A stretch of DNA of 64,000 nt from an uncultured bacterium (GCA_963977015.1 CAXBMO010000002.1:128001-192000); one strand, 5' to 3'; shown: positions 1-9,806, counted from the stretch's first letter. The notes: generated by a model not told the origin, from the letters alone. Numbers and translations are program-made.

Positions 1-385
1 GCAGGACCAGATGCCGAACCTCATCCCCGCCTTCAACCCACTCAACGTGAGGATATTCCAACCCGACCCGTCCCAGCCGCTCCTGAAGATCGGCGACGTC
101 CTCCATCGTGCCCATCTCACACAGGCCGATGATCGCAGGACGCAGCTTGGCAAACGTCGCGACAACCGCCCGCTTCTCCTCGTCCGGTTTGGGCACGTCC
201 TTGATGATCTCACCCTTGACCGTGCGATCCTGGCGAAGGTAGTTTTCGACGTTGTAGGCAATGAATCGAATCTCGGGAACCGACTCATCCCCGGACTGGG
301 CAATCGCAGATCCCAGTCCAAAAAACAGGGCGGACATTGCTGTCCACCCTGTGTAAAATCGTTTGGTTGCGACTGCGGGAAGCAT
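1..385 (-). CDS. Endonuclease/exonuclease/phosphatase (EEP) family protein, partial (runs off the window start)
   Basis: Translated by hand from ATG at 385 (overlapping the tatA stop, TGATG): MLPAVATKRF...IRFIAYNVENYL...IIGLCEMG. The (T/A)xNVEN and 'gLcE' motifs are typical of EEP N-termini, and a hydrophobic signal-like segment precedes them. Confidence 0.75.
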   Translation of the reverse strand, partial: MLPAVATKRFYTGWTAMSALFFGLGSAIAQSGDESVPEIRFIAYNVENYLRQDRTVKGEIIKDVPKPDEEKRAVVATFAKLRPAIIGLCEMGTMEDVADLQERLGRVGLEYPHVEWVEGGDEVRHLVL

Positions 386-657
386 CAGGCCTTACCCGAC
401 TCATTCGCGTGATCACCCGAATGCTGCTCTCGTTCGAACTCCGAGGCTGGAGAGCGCATCTCAAGTTTTCGGGTTTCTTCCTGCACGGAGTATTCCGCGC
501 GGCGAATCTCCTGCTCGAACTCGTTGCGAGCTTTCTTGAATTCGCCCATCGCCTTTCCCATGCCCTTTGCCAAATCCGGCAATTTTTTGGCACCGAACAA
601 AAGGAGAACGGCCACGAAGATGATGATCATCTCCCCACCACCAGGTAGTCCCATCAT
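385..657 (-). CDS. tatA: Sec-independent protein translocase subunit TatA/E
   Basis: GGGEMIIIFVAVLLLFGAKKLPDLAKGMGKAMGEFKKA: N-terminal TM helix, FG hinge and amphipathic helix. Confidence 0.92.
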   Translation of the reverse strand: MMGLPGGGEMIIIFVAVLLLFGAKKLPDLAKGMGKAMGEFKKARNEFEQEIRRAEYSVQEETRKLEMRSPASEFEREQHSGDHANESGKA

Positions 658-692
658 AAGCTTGGAGTAATTCGAGGTTTTAAAAAACGAAC

Positions 693-890
693 TCAGGCAG
701 CGGACGACTTGTCGTCATCATCGCTTTTCGCAGTGACTTCAGCTTCCGCTTCTTCCATTTCCTTGCGGGCTTTTTGGAATTCGTTGAGACTTTCACCGAC
801 CCCACGAGCGAGTTGTGGGAGTTTCTTTGCTCCGAAGAGTAGGATGATCACGAAAACAATAATCGCGATCTGCATTGGACCAGGCATCAT
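693..890 (-). CDS. tatA: Sec-independent protein translocase subunit TatA/E (second copy)
   Basis: MMPGPMQIAIIVFVIILLFGAKKLPQLARGVGESLNEFQKA; start placed at ATG 890. Confidence 0.92.
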   Translation of the reverse strand: MMPGPMQIAIIVFVIILLFGAKKLPQLARGVGESLNEFQKARKEMEEAEAEVTAKSDDDDKSSAA

Positions 891-1097
891 AAGCTTTTTA
901 AAAAGTTGGAGGTTGGTAATTTGCAAACACGGGCCGGTTTGCGGCTGCTTTCGTGCTCTGTCGTAGGTAGAACGTCCCTAGCGGACCGTTTCTTGCCATG
1001 TTTTTAGACTATCTTCATTCTAGGCGGATGAAGGAACTTTGCAAAGGGAAGATTTTTGGCTGGCAGGAGAGCCGATGAACGTTGAAAGAAGGGCGCT

Positions 1098-2243
1098 ATG
1101 CCAAAACCGGTCGTCGCCAGTTATTGCACAACCTTCCTCAAACCGGAAATGCTCCACATTTACCGTCAGGTGACCGGGTTGAAGGAATTCGAAACGTTTG
1201 TGATTTGTAAGGAACGAAAGAGCGAGGAACGCTTTCCGTTTCCGGGGATCGAGGTGCAACCCAAAGTCCGCAGCAACTTCGTCCGGCGCTTTTGGCAGAA
1301 ATACGTCAAGCACGAGCCGCCCATCGTCTATCGGGGCGAATATCAGACGATCGCCAACATTCTCGACCGTCGTGATGCCGATCTGATGCATGTTTACTTT
1401 GGCCACACCGGCGTTCATCTGCTGCCCTTTATGCGGCGTTGGCCCAAACCGGCGATTGTCTCGTTTCACGGCATGGATGTCCAGACTCGCGAAGGGCAAC
1501 CCGGCTACATCGACCGGTTGAAGGATCTCCTTTCGGAACTTCCGCTCGTTCTGGCGCGAAGCGAATCCCTCAAATCGCGCCTCGTCGATTTGGGATGCGA
1601 TCCCGGAAAAGTGCGAATCAATCGAACCGGCATCCCGATGGATCGCTTTCCGTTTCAGGATCGCCCCGAGCCGGAGAATGGAGCCTGGCACCTGGTGCAG
1701 GCATGTCGATTGATCGAGAAAAAGGGGCTGGATCTAACGCTCAAGGCATTTCACGCCTTTCGAAACGAATTCCCCAATGCCAAATTGACCATTGCCGGAG
1801 AAGGCCCGCTCCAGGAAGAACTGGAAAGTCAGGCCAAGAGTCTGGATTTGGGAGAATCGATCCAGTTTTGCGGGTTTTTGAGCGTGGAGGAGTTGTCCGC
1901 GTTGTATCAAAGCGCCCACTTTTTCATTCATCCCAGCCGACTCACGAGCGATCAAAATCAGGAGGGCATTCCGAATTCGATGGTCGAGGCGATGGCGACG
2001 GGACTGCCGGTGATTTCCACCTTTCACGGAGGAATCCCCGAAGCAGTCAAAGATGGTGTCACCGGTTTGCTTTGTGCCGAAAACGAATGGGAACCTCTTC
2101 GCGATTTTCTCATCGATCTCGCCAAGAATCCCGAGCGTTGGTCGACCATTTCCAAAGCGGCGGCGGAAGATGTTCGCGAAAACTTTGCCCACGACGCTCA
2201 AATCGCCAAACTCGAGGGATTTTATCGTGAAGCGCTTGGATAA
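1098..2243 (+). CDS. Glycosyltransferase family 4 (GT-B, WcaL-like)
   Basis: SFHGMD, CRLIEKKG, EGIPNSMVEAMATGLPVISTFHGGIPE motifs. Confidence 0.9.
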   Translation: MPKPVVASYCTTFLKPEMLHIYRQVTGLKEFETFVICKERKSEERFPFPGIEVQPKVRSNFVRRFWQKYVKHEPPIVYRGEYQTIANILDRRDADLMHVYFGHTGVHLLPFMRRWPKPAIVSFHGMDVQTREGQPGYIDRLKDLLSELPLVLARSESLKSRLVDLGCDPGKVRINRTGIPMDRFPFQDRPEPENGAWHLVQACRLIEKKGLDLTLKAFHAFRNEFPNAKLTIAGEGPLQEELESQAKSLDLGESIQFCGFLSVEELSALYQSAHFFIHPSRLTSDQNQEGIPNSMVEAMATGLPVISTFHGGIPEAVKDGVTGLLCAENEWEPLRDFLIDLAKNPERWSTISKAAAEDVRENFAHDAQIAKLEGFYREALG

Positions 2244-2261
2244 ACCGAAAATTCCCACAAA

Positions 2262-2888
2262 ATGACCAAGAAACGCCTCCGCCGTTACGTCGGCCAAATC
2301 GTCTTCGCCGTGGTGATTGTCTTGCTGCTCGCGGCGATGGCAAAATGCCCGAAAATCCCAATTCCGGAATCGCTCTACGGATACATCACCGACATGTCGA
2401 TCCTGATTTTCACGATCGCCTCGGTTCTGCTCGCGAACACGTTTCGGAAACGCCAGGTTTTCATCGACTCTCTCCGCGAAGAATGGCGCGAGATCGTCGA
2501 CACCAAGGCCGCCCTTTCCGTTTATTGTCAGCGCGAAGCACCATCGCTGGATGATTACCTCGACACCTACTGCCTCATCAGCCGGGCGATCGACAACATG
2601 CGAATGGTGTATCGCAACGTCGGCGAAACCAAAAAGTTAATCGGCTACTACCCGTTTGAGCCCTTGCACGACATGCGAAGATCGATGGAGGCAATTGATC
2701 CGCGGAACGGCCCCGTTTCATTGGAAGAACGCATGTCCGCCCGCGAAGACATTTGGGAAGCCTTCAACGCGCTTCGAGAGCGTTTTCTGGATGAACTCGA
2801 ACTGGTGGAACCGGCCAATCCCATTCTCGGAATCGCCGCCAAGCGCACCAAGCAGCCAGGCTCGAGCTCCCGTTCTCAGGCGTCGTAA
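2262..2888 (+). CDS. Hypothetical membrane protein
   Basis: 208-aa ORF with two N-terminal hydrophobic segments, co-oriented just after the glycosyltransferase. Confidence 0.65.
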   Translation: MTKKRLRRYVGQIVFAVVIVLLLAAMAKCPKIPIPESLYGYITDMSILIFTIASVLLANTFRKRQVFIDSLREEWREIVDTKAALSVYCQREAPSLDDYLDTYCLISRAIDNMRMVYRNVGETKKLIGYYPFEPLHDMRRSMEAIDPRNGPVSLEERMSAREDIWEAFNALRERFLDELELVEPANPILGIAAKRTKQPGSSSRSQAS

Positions 2889-4033
2889 AACAGTGCGGCG
2901 GAAGCGGTGTATCCGTGGAGAAAATTCGAGTCGCCTATCGGACCGATCTCTCCGTTGCAGAAAAATCCCCCGATTGGGACTTTCCCGAACGCGTCGGCGA
3001 TCACGTCAGCATCGTGATTGGGAATGCCAAACATCCGCGAACCTCTTCCCGTGCAACTAAAGAGCAACCCGGCGATCGGAACGCCGAGTTTCTCCACGGT
3101 TTTTTCGCACAGTATCTTGAGATCCTCGTCCGCTGAATCCTTGTCTCGAATCTGAAATTGCATCGTCTGTCCTGCCCGCGGAAACGCGCCCAGCATGATG
3201 ACTCCAGCCGTCGGATCCCCACCGAGAATGTTCCGGACCAAAAAATCGCCCCGGCTGAACTCTTCCAGGTACTCACTCACCGCCAATCCCGCAAAAATGT
3301 TCCCCTTGGCGACTTCCTTGTCTTCGCTGCTCAAACTCTCGAAAGCTTCTTCCAACACGTCAAAAGCGCGGCGTGACGCAATACTCACAATCACGTTTTC
3401 ATCCACTTCTGTAATCGTGTAGGGACTCCCGATCGGCCGGCAGCCCTGGCTCACCACTCCACGAATCTGGATTCCGCCTTCGAATCGAACGCCAATACAG
3501 GCTGCAGACGCCGCATCTCGATTGTGGAACAGAAAAACGTCCTCAGGATCTCCGCCCCCACTTGCCAATCCTCCAAACGTCGGAGTCTGATCGAAAATCG
3601 CGTTCCAGCGAGTCATCCATTGCTCCGCATGAGCCAGAAACGGATTGCAGAGGGAAATCCAGAAACCACCGGGCTCGATTCCACCGGAGTCAAAGTCTTC
3701 GATATCGTCAGGAGATAGCTCCAGGAACTGAACATTGGTGTTGGGAAAATGGAGAAAAACCAGGCAACATCCCGAGACGTTCTCATCCTCTTCCTGGGTG
3801 CCGATAAAACCATCTGCGGTGCAGCCGACAATTTCAGCGGCATGGCCATAAACCTGAACGACTTCGACAAAGTCTTGAAAGTGCTTTCTCCAGTCGGAAC
3901 TGATGAATGCGAATACGACGCTCGGCCGGTCACCAATCTCATTTCGACACTGCTCCGCTGCCTCACGAACAGTATCCTCATCATAGGTGGATCGCACAAT
4001 GCGCGACGCTGATCGGTTCTCACTAACCATCAA
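2876..4033 (-). CDS. FIST (FIST_N/FIST_C) signal transduction protein
   Basis: FGGLASGG, VSQGCRPIG, LLFSCTGRG and GGFFCNGEIGPIG...LHGYT motifs. Confidence 0.9.
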   Translation of the reverse strand: MMVSENRSASRIVRSTYDEDTVREAAEQCRNEIGDRPSVVFAFISSDWRKHFQDFVEVVQVYGHAAEIVGCTADGFIGTQEEDENVSGCCLVFLHFPNTNVQFLELSPDDIEDFDSGGIEPGGFWISLCNPFLAHAEQWMTRWNAIFDQTPTFGGLASGGGDPEDVFLFHNRDAASAACIGVRFEGGIQIRGVVSQGCRPIGSPYTITEVDENVIVSIASRRAFDVLEEAFESLSSEDKEVAKGNIFAGLAVSEYLEEFSRGDFLVRNILGGDPTAGVIMLGAFPRAGQTMQFQIRDKDSADEDLKILCEKTVEKLGVPIAGLLFSCTGRGSRMFGIPNHDADVIADAFGKVPIGGFFCNGEIGPIGDSNFLHGYTASAALFYDA

Positions 4034-4083
4034 TCAGCGTTGCACGGGGCGGCGTGCATCGAAAGCGAAAACCGCCTTACAAA

Positions 4084-4320
4084 TCAACCGCACAGGCTCA
4101 CCGGCAGCCGCAACTCGGAAACGCGGGTCATCACAACTTGCTCCATCTGGCGGCGGAGATACATGCGCCGTAGGGGATTCGCATTCCGCAATCGTGTTCG
4201 ATACTCGTCCTCAACCTCTTGGGAAATTCGTTGCACCTCGTCCAGCTGCGCTTCCAACCAGACTTCAGGATCATCAACAACAAGCGATGCGGTAATGGAT
4301 TGGGCGAGTTCCTTTTTCAT
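4084..4320 (-). CDS. Hypothetical protein
   Basis: 78-aa ATG-started ORF filling the gap between the FIST gene and the tRNA. Confidence 0.45.
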   Translation of the reverse strand: MKKELAQSITASLVVDDPEVWLEAQLDEVQRISQEVEDEYRTRLRNANPLRRMYLRRQMEQVVMTRVSELRLPVSLCG

Positions 4321-4474
4321 AACGAGTGTCAGTGACTAACTGCAAGTTACCGTCTTTTCTTGGACCCAACTTTCAACCGGTCAGCGCCTGCAAGTTTTGA
4401 GCAACTTTGATCAGAAACTATACAATCATTCCCGGCTTGAACAACTGAAACCTCTATACCCACCAAAATAAGAA

Positions 4475-4556
4475 TACCAAGGACAGGAATCGAACCTGCA
4501 CGGATTGCTCCACTTGATCCTAAGTCAAGCGCGTCTACCAATTTCGCCACCTTGGC
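4475..4556 (-). tRNA. tRNA-Leu (anticodon TAG)
   Basis: Minus strand GCCAAGGTGGCGAAATTGGTAGACGCGCTTGACTTAGGATCAAGTGGAGCAATCCGTGCAGGTTCGATTCCTGTCCTTGGTA: acceptor stem, CTTGA/TCAAG anticodon stem with TAG, long variable arm, GTTCGA T-loop; CCA not encoded. Confidence 0.97.
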
Positions 4557-4701
4557 TTTGAGGTCAGGAGAACAAATGGCGGAACTTGATTGGATCTCAA
4601 ATGGCCACGCATTCTCGCGAAAACGGTCCGGATTGTAACGCAAGATTGCAGCGTCTCAACTCAAGGCTTTGCGAAACATGACTTTCGTTCTAATTTCATG
4701 A

Positions 4702-5217
4702 ATGCGACTGCTTTGGACCGCGATGTTTTTCGGACTCCTTTCCTGCTCCCAAGCCGAGCCCAATGCCCGATTTGAGGCGATGCTGGACAAGACGCTGGAT
4801 GGGTCGATTCCGCAGATTACGGCGTCCGAATTGCTCGATTTACGCCGTTCCAATCCCGATTTGATTCTGCTGGATTCGCGGGAGATCGGAGAATTCACCG
4901 TGAGCCATCTGGAGGGCGCAACCTGGATCGGGTTTGACGATTTCGAGGAAGAGCGCGTCGCAGAGTTGCCCCGCGATGGGCAAGTCGTGGTCTACTGCTC
5001 CATTGGCCGGCGTAGCGAAATTCTGGGCGAAAAACTCACCAAGCTTGGATTCACCTCCGTGTTGAATCTCCGCGGGGGAATTTTTGACTGGGCAAACCGC
5101 GAGTTGCCGATGGTGGATTCGGAAGGCGAAACAACAAAGGCGGTCCACCCCTTCAACCGCTGGTGGGGTCGATGGCTCTTGCCGACGATTGAGCGCCGCT
5201 ACGAACCCGGGAATTAG
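4702..5217 (+). CDS. Rhodanese-like domain protein (probably exported or lipoprotein)
   Basis: LLDSRE..EF..SHL, VVVYCSIGRRS, NLRGGIFDW motifs; lipobox-like LLSC. Confidence 0.88.
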   Translation: MRLLWTAMFFGLLSCSQAEPNARFEAMLDKTLDGSIPQITASELLDLRRSNPDLILLDSREIGEFTVSHLEGATWIGFDDFEEERVAELPRDGQVVVYCSIGRRSEILGEKLTKLGFTSVLNLRGGIFDWANRELPMVDSEGETTKAVHPFNRWWGRWLLPTIERRYEPGN

Positions 5218-5219
5218 TC

Positions 5220-6356
5220 TCAGCGCGCGAAGGTGAGTCCGTCCAGCCGCAGATTGGGCACGTTCTTCCCCAAAACCAAGGTTTGAAAAACCTGTCCCAT
5301 CGTTCCGGGATGGGTGAGGGTCTGGAATTGGCGAACCAGGGAAGTCGGCGGAGATCCGTCAATCTCGCGAAGCCAATCGGCGGCAACACCGGTGAGAAAT
5401 CGACTTTGATCGGTGAGACCAAGCGCCTTGAACCCCTGGCGTTCCGCACAATCGATGACCTGGGAGAAATTCACCTGAGCCGTCAGATCAGTTTCTCCAA
5501 TCGCTTCGAATGGCGAGTCCGGGCTCTGGTGTTCGCGATAGCATCGCAGGGTGCCGTCTTTGCGACCGGAGTCAAAGAACTCATCAGCCAACAATCCATA
5601 ATCGAGAAGAATGACCACACCAGTTTCAAAGGCTTGATCCAACTCCGCAACCCACGGCTCGATGCCCGGACAGAATTCGGTGGTAAAGCCGTCTTCAACC
5701 TCGTCGGGAAACGCAATCGGAGGATTCCCTTCGAGTTCAAAGGTCGACTCTGCCAGGTTCCCAGCATCATCCACCACCACCCGTAGTTCCTGCCACGTCC
5801 CATCAGAAAACCGATATCGATCGACGGGAAACGCATCGAGAAGCTCGTTGCCTATCAACACGCCGTGTTTCGCTTTCAACTCCTCCAATTTGACCGGATG
5901 CTGCCGGAGTCGCGCCCCCAACCTCTCGGCCTGGAGTTTCCGATAGGCCGGTTTCGGCTCGATAATTGCGTAGTCCAGGTCGAGTCCCAAATCCTGAAGG
6001 GCCGAGAGGATATCGTCCGCCAACTGCCCATCGTGAGCTCCCTGCTCTGCTATCGAGAAATCCGCCGGACACCCCAGATTCTCCCAGATCTGGCGAATTT
6101 GCCGGGCCAACAGCATTCCAAAACAGGGCCCCACACTGACACTGGTAAAAAAGTCACCTTGTTTCCCGATTCTTCGAGGCACGGAGTAGTATCCCAGGTG
6201 GGGATGATAGAGCGCCAACTCCATAAATTTACCGAACGAAATCCCCCGATTGCTTTTTTTGATAAGTTCAACGATTTGGGCGCGTAATTTTTCCACAATA
6301 TCAGGATGCCCTACGTCTGACAATATGCCAGGACTTGCCGAGCCTGGCAAAACCAT
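5220..6356 (-). CDS. SAM-dependent methyltransferase, MidA/NDUFAF7 family (start uncertain)
   Basis: FMELALYHP..GYY, GDFFTS, NELLDAFPV, LDYG, DLTAQVNF, LTHPGTMGQVF motifs. Confidence 0.88.
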   Translation of the reverse strand: MVLPGSASPGILSDVGHPDIVEKLRAQIVELIKKSNRGISFGKFMELALYHPHLGYYSVPRRIGKQGDFFTSVSVGPCFGMLLARQIRQIWENLGCPADFSIAEQGAHDGQLADDILSALQDLGLDLDYAIIEPKPAYRKLQAERLGARLRQHPVKLEELKAKHGVLIGNELLDAFPVDRYRFSDGTWQELRVVVDDAGNLAESTFELEGNPPIAFPDEVEDGFTTEFCPGIEPWVAELDQAFETGVVILLDYGLLADEFFDSGRKDGTLRCYREHQSPDSPFEAIGETDLTAQVNFSQVIDCAERQGFKALGLTDQSRFLTGVAADWLREIDGSPPTSLVRQFQTLTHPGTMGQVFQTLVLGKNVPNLRLDGLTFAR

Positions 6357-6403
6357 GCATACTCGAAGCTGGGTAGTTCTGCCCAGGCCCAGTTCCACTC
6401 ACC

Positions 6404-9274
6404 ATGTTTGAATACCACTACCGACCTCCTTTCTACCTGCGACGCTGGTTTCAGGTCTTGGTCGTCCTTTTTCTCCTGCTGATCATTGCGGGAGCAGTTT
6501 CCGCCTATCTCTTTCTCGAGCCCTACAAACAGAAGGCCTATTCGTTCGACTTCGCGGAAATCAACAAACTCGAGAAGGCGAGTATCATCTACGATCGCAA
6601 CAATCGCGAGCTGGGCCGGATATTCGTCTTGAACCGTGACCCCGTCGAACTGGAAAAGGTCCCGCGTCACATGATCGAAGCCCTCACGGCGATTGAGGAT
6701 GCCCGCTTTTTCGAACATGACGGCGTGGATTACATGGGAATCCTTCGAGCGATGATTCGAAACGCCAAGGCCGGCAGCAAAAAGCAGGGTGCCAGTACGA
6801 TTACCCAGCAGTTGGCCAGGAACGCATACGGAATTCGCGAAAAATCCTACGAGCGAAAATTGGTGGAAGCCTTTCTCGCTCACCGGATTGAGAAGAATTT
6901 CTCCAAGGGCGAAATTCTGGAGATGTATCTGAACCGAATCTATTTCGGCAGTGGATTTTACGGCGTCAATGCAGCCTCGAAAGGATATTTCGGGAAAGAG
7001 GTCAGCGAAATCACGTTGGAAGAAGCCGCCACGCTTTGCGGATTGATCAAGAGTCCGAACGGACTTTCCCCCTTCAACAATCCTGACCGATCCAAACAGG
7101 CGCGGGACTATGTGTTTGAGCGGATGGTTGCGGAAAACATGCTGACGCGAAAGGAAGCGGACGAGTATCAGGCGAAACCGATCAAAACGGTCAGTCGACG
7201 AAAAGAACGAAAACGATCGTTTGAGTATGCGTATGAACAGATTCGCCAACAGGTCGTTGAGCAAATCGGTTTTGAATCCGCCTCTCAAGGCGGTTTTGAA
7301 ATTTATACGACCATCGATTCGGACCTTCAGCAGGTGGTTCAGCAAAGCGTCGTGAACAACATGCTCAAGGTCGAGCGTCACGCGAATTACGAAGGGCAGA
7401 CCCATGCCGAATTCGATAAAATCCTCACGGACTGGCGAAAGAAGGAAGCGGACGCCCTTGAGGACGAGAACAAGGCGGCCAACCGCCCAAAACCTGAATA
7501 CGTTCAAGGTTCCGCTCTGGTGATTGACACGAAAAGTGGCGCGATTCGCGCATTGGTAGGCGGACGGGATTTCTCTCACAGCGCCTTCGACCGCACGATG
7601 CTCGCCCGGAGGAAACCGGGAACCGCATTCACGCCCTTTGTCTATGCATCGGGATTTTCGCGGCGCCAATACCCCGGCACATTGGTCGAGGACAGCCCTC
7701 TCGATAACCGATTCGTCCAGATTGGCGGAATGACGGGGATTTTGGGCGAATGGGGAGTCGAACAGATTCCCGTTCCCGACTACGAAAACTGGATCACCGC
7801 GCGCAAAGCCCTCATTCAGGGGAAGAATGCCGCGACCGTCCGGTTTGGCATCCAGGTTGGAGTCGACAACGTGGTGGAATTCGCGAAAGACGCCGGAATG
7901 ACCTTCAAAGGAGAGATCCAGAAGTACAATTCCACGTTTTTGGGGAATGCGGAGGTTTCGATGAAGGAACTCGCGCTCGGCTACACCGTGTTTGCGAATC
8001 AGGGCGCGCGTCCGCAGGAGATCTTCATCATTGACGAAATCCGGCGCCCTGACGGAACCAAAATTTTTGAAAACAAGAGTGATGGTTCGGTAATCGACGT
8101 ACTCGATCCTTACAGCGCCTATCAAGTCCACTCCGCCCTGAAAGAGTCGCTCAAAGTTGGAACTGGAAAACGGGCTTACGAGGAATATGGGCTCCACGAT
8201 TTTCCTGCAGCGGGCAAAACGGGAACCGCGCACTTCGATTTCAAAGACACCTGGTTCGTCGGTTACACCGATCAAGTGACCTGCGCGGTTTGGGCCGGTT
8301 TTGACAAAGCAAAGCCGATCTATCCTGGCGCGTTCAGCAACCAGGTGACCTTGCCGATCTGGACCGAGATCATGAACGAGGCGAACAAGATTTTTCCGGC
8401 AAGCGAGATCAAAGCCCCCAAAGAAGCGAGCCGGGTCGAAATCTGTTCCGTCTCCGGGGAACGCGCGACGCCATTTTGTTTCCATCATCACACCGAAGAC
8501 GGAGACAAAGAGCAAATTCGGGACAGCTACATCGAGTATCTTAATCCAAACTACAAGCTGACCCGGTCTTGTGCGGTCCACAGTGCCGGAGGGCGAATCA
8601 ATCTGGCCTTGCTCAATCCTCCCACCGCTGGTGGCGATTCGAATGACAGTTGGATGCGGGATGGGGCGATTCGGCCACGGCGAATCGATGGCTACGGACT
8701 CAATGTGACTCCGATTTTCATGCAGTCTCCCACCGTAATTGGAAATGATCCCTACAACGCACCACAGGGCGCGATTCGGCCGCGAATTATTGCCCCTGCC
8801 CCGCCAGCAGAAGGGGAAGAAGGATCCGAAGTCATCGGCGAGGGAGAAATGCCAGCGGAGGGAGATCCCGTTCAAACCGCTGACATGGATCCGAATCAGG
8901 AAGGTGAGGACGATGGCGAATTGGCACCGATTTTCCGGAACTCTGCGACCGTAGCCCCATCCACGGATATGGGGCCGATTCCTCCTCCTCCACCACCTCA
9001 ACCACCGGCCATCAGCCAGCCCCGGATTCCCACCTACCCGGGCGAAGCGCAACCGGAAGGATCGCGGGCTACCGGGAACCCGCGAACGATGCCCAATCCT
9101 TCCAATGAAGAAGAGTTGGCTCCTGTCTTTCGAAATCGTAACGCCGTCTTGCCTCGAGTTGAAGAACCTGGACCACCACCGGCGACGGAAGATGGGTTGC
9201 CGTCGATTCTTGAGGAAGTGCCTCGCGCCGTCCGAATCAAGCCTCCCAAGGCCGAGCGAATCGAGTTCGACTAG
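6404..9274 (+). CDS. Class A penicillin-binding protein (PBP1A-like): intact transglycosylase, degenerate transpeptidase, Pro/Glu-rich tail
   Basis: N-terminal TM; EDARFFEHDGVD, GASTITQQLARN, RKLVEA, KGEILEMYLN; TP-fold motifs PGTAFTPF, QGKN, GKTGT. Confidence 0.9.
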   Translation: MFEYHYRPPFYLRRWFQVLVVLFLLLIIAGAVSAYLFLEPYKQKAYSFDFAEINKLEKASIIYDRNNRELGRIFVLNRDPVELEKVPRHMIEALTAIEDARFFEHDGVDYMGILRAMIRNAKAGSKKQGASTITQQLARNAYGIREKSYERKLVEAFLAHRIEKNFSKGEILEMYLNRIYFGSGFYGVNAASKGYFGKEVSEITLEEAATLCGLIKSPNGLSPFNNPDRSKQARDYVFERMVAENMLTRKEADEYQAKPIKTVSRRKERKRSFEYAYEQIRQQVVEQIGFESASQGGFEIYTTIDSDLQQVVQQSVVNNMLKVERHANYEGQTHAEFDKILTDWRKKEADALEDENKAANRPKPEYVQGSALVIDTKSGAIRALVGGRDFSHSAFDRTMLARRKPGTAFTPFVYASGFSRRQYPGTLVEDSPLDNRFVQIGGMTGILGEWGVEQIPVPDYENWITARKALIQGKNAATVRFGIQVGVDNVVEFAKDAGMTFKGEIQKYNSTFLGNAEVSMKELALGYTVFANQGARPQEIFIIDEIRRPDGTKIFENKSDGSVIDVLDPYSAYQVHSALKESLKVGTGKRAYEEYGLHDFPAAGKTGTAHFDFKDTWFVGYTDQVTCAVWAGFDKAKPIYPGAFSNQVTLPIWTEIMNEANKIFPASEIKAPKEASRVEICSVSGERATPFCFHHHTEDGDKEQIRDSYIEYLNPNYKLTRSCAVHSAGGRINLALLNPPTAGGDSNDSWMRDGAIRPRRIDGYGLNVTPIFMQSPTVIGNDPYNAPQGAIRPRIIAPAPPAEGEEGSEVIGEGEMPAEGDPVQTADMDPNQEGEDDGELAPIFRNSATVAPSTDMGPIPPPPPPQPPAISQPRIPTYPGEAQPEGSRATGNPRTMPNPSNEEELAPVFRNRNAVLPRVEEPGPPPATEDGLPSILEEVPRAVRIKPPKAERIEFD

Positions 9275-9296
9275 GATTTTGATCGGTTAACCTGCT

Positions 9297-9752
9297 CTAA
9301 CGCATCGCGGACTGCCATTCGCTCACTATTCCGTTCGTGAAAACTGCCCGGGCGCTCGGGTCACCGTGGTAGTGAGTATTCGGCCCGATGGGAAAATTCA
9401 CGCCGTAGCCAAAGTGGCCACCGCCGCGACCATAGCCGCCATACCCATAACCAACATTGAACCGGGGTGAGTTGTAGTCCGTGTATCCCCCGCCATAAAG
9501 CCAGGTTTCAACGGCTTTCCCGTCTTTGCTGCCTTGGGTGATATTGTCGGCAGGTCCCCAGGCCAGAAATACCGCATTCCGGTTCATTCCTTCCTGCACC
9601 CGGCCCTGCCTCACCAACAATTGATGGTCCTCAGAGAGTTGAGCAAACAACTCAGGATATTTCGAAATTCGCTTTTCGATGACCGTGGTCGTTGAGCAGC
9701 CGACCAGCAGAACAACCGGAATGAGAACAAGAAATTTGAGGGAGGTTTTCAT
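9297..9752 (-). CDS. Lipoprotein, SmpA/OmlA-like
   Basis: Lipobox LVGC; GM..AV.LAWG.. and ETWLY motifs; Gly/Tyr-rich insert. Confidence 0.65.
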   Translation of the reverse strand: MKTSLKFLVLIPVVLLVGCSTTTVIEKRISKYPELFAQLSEDHQLLVRQGRVQEGMNRNAVFLAWGPADNITQGSKDGKAVETWLYGGGYTDYNSPRFNVGYGYGGYGRGGGHFGYGVNFPIGPNTHYHGDPSARAVFTNGIVSEWQSAMR

Positions 9753-9806
9753 CAGAGCCTCAGGATAAACGAAATTTATTCCGTTGAAAGCACTGGATTT
9801 CGCGGA

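Noticed and set aside
4321-4474. Possible integration site downstream of tRNA-Leu
   Set aside because: No integrase, and I saw no duplicated tRNA 3' end in the window
6311-9052. 913-aa minus-strand ORF
   Set aside because: Antisense shadow of the PBP gene; no recognisable motifs
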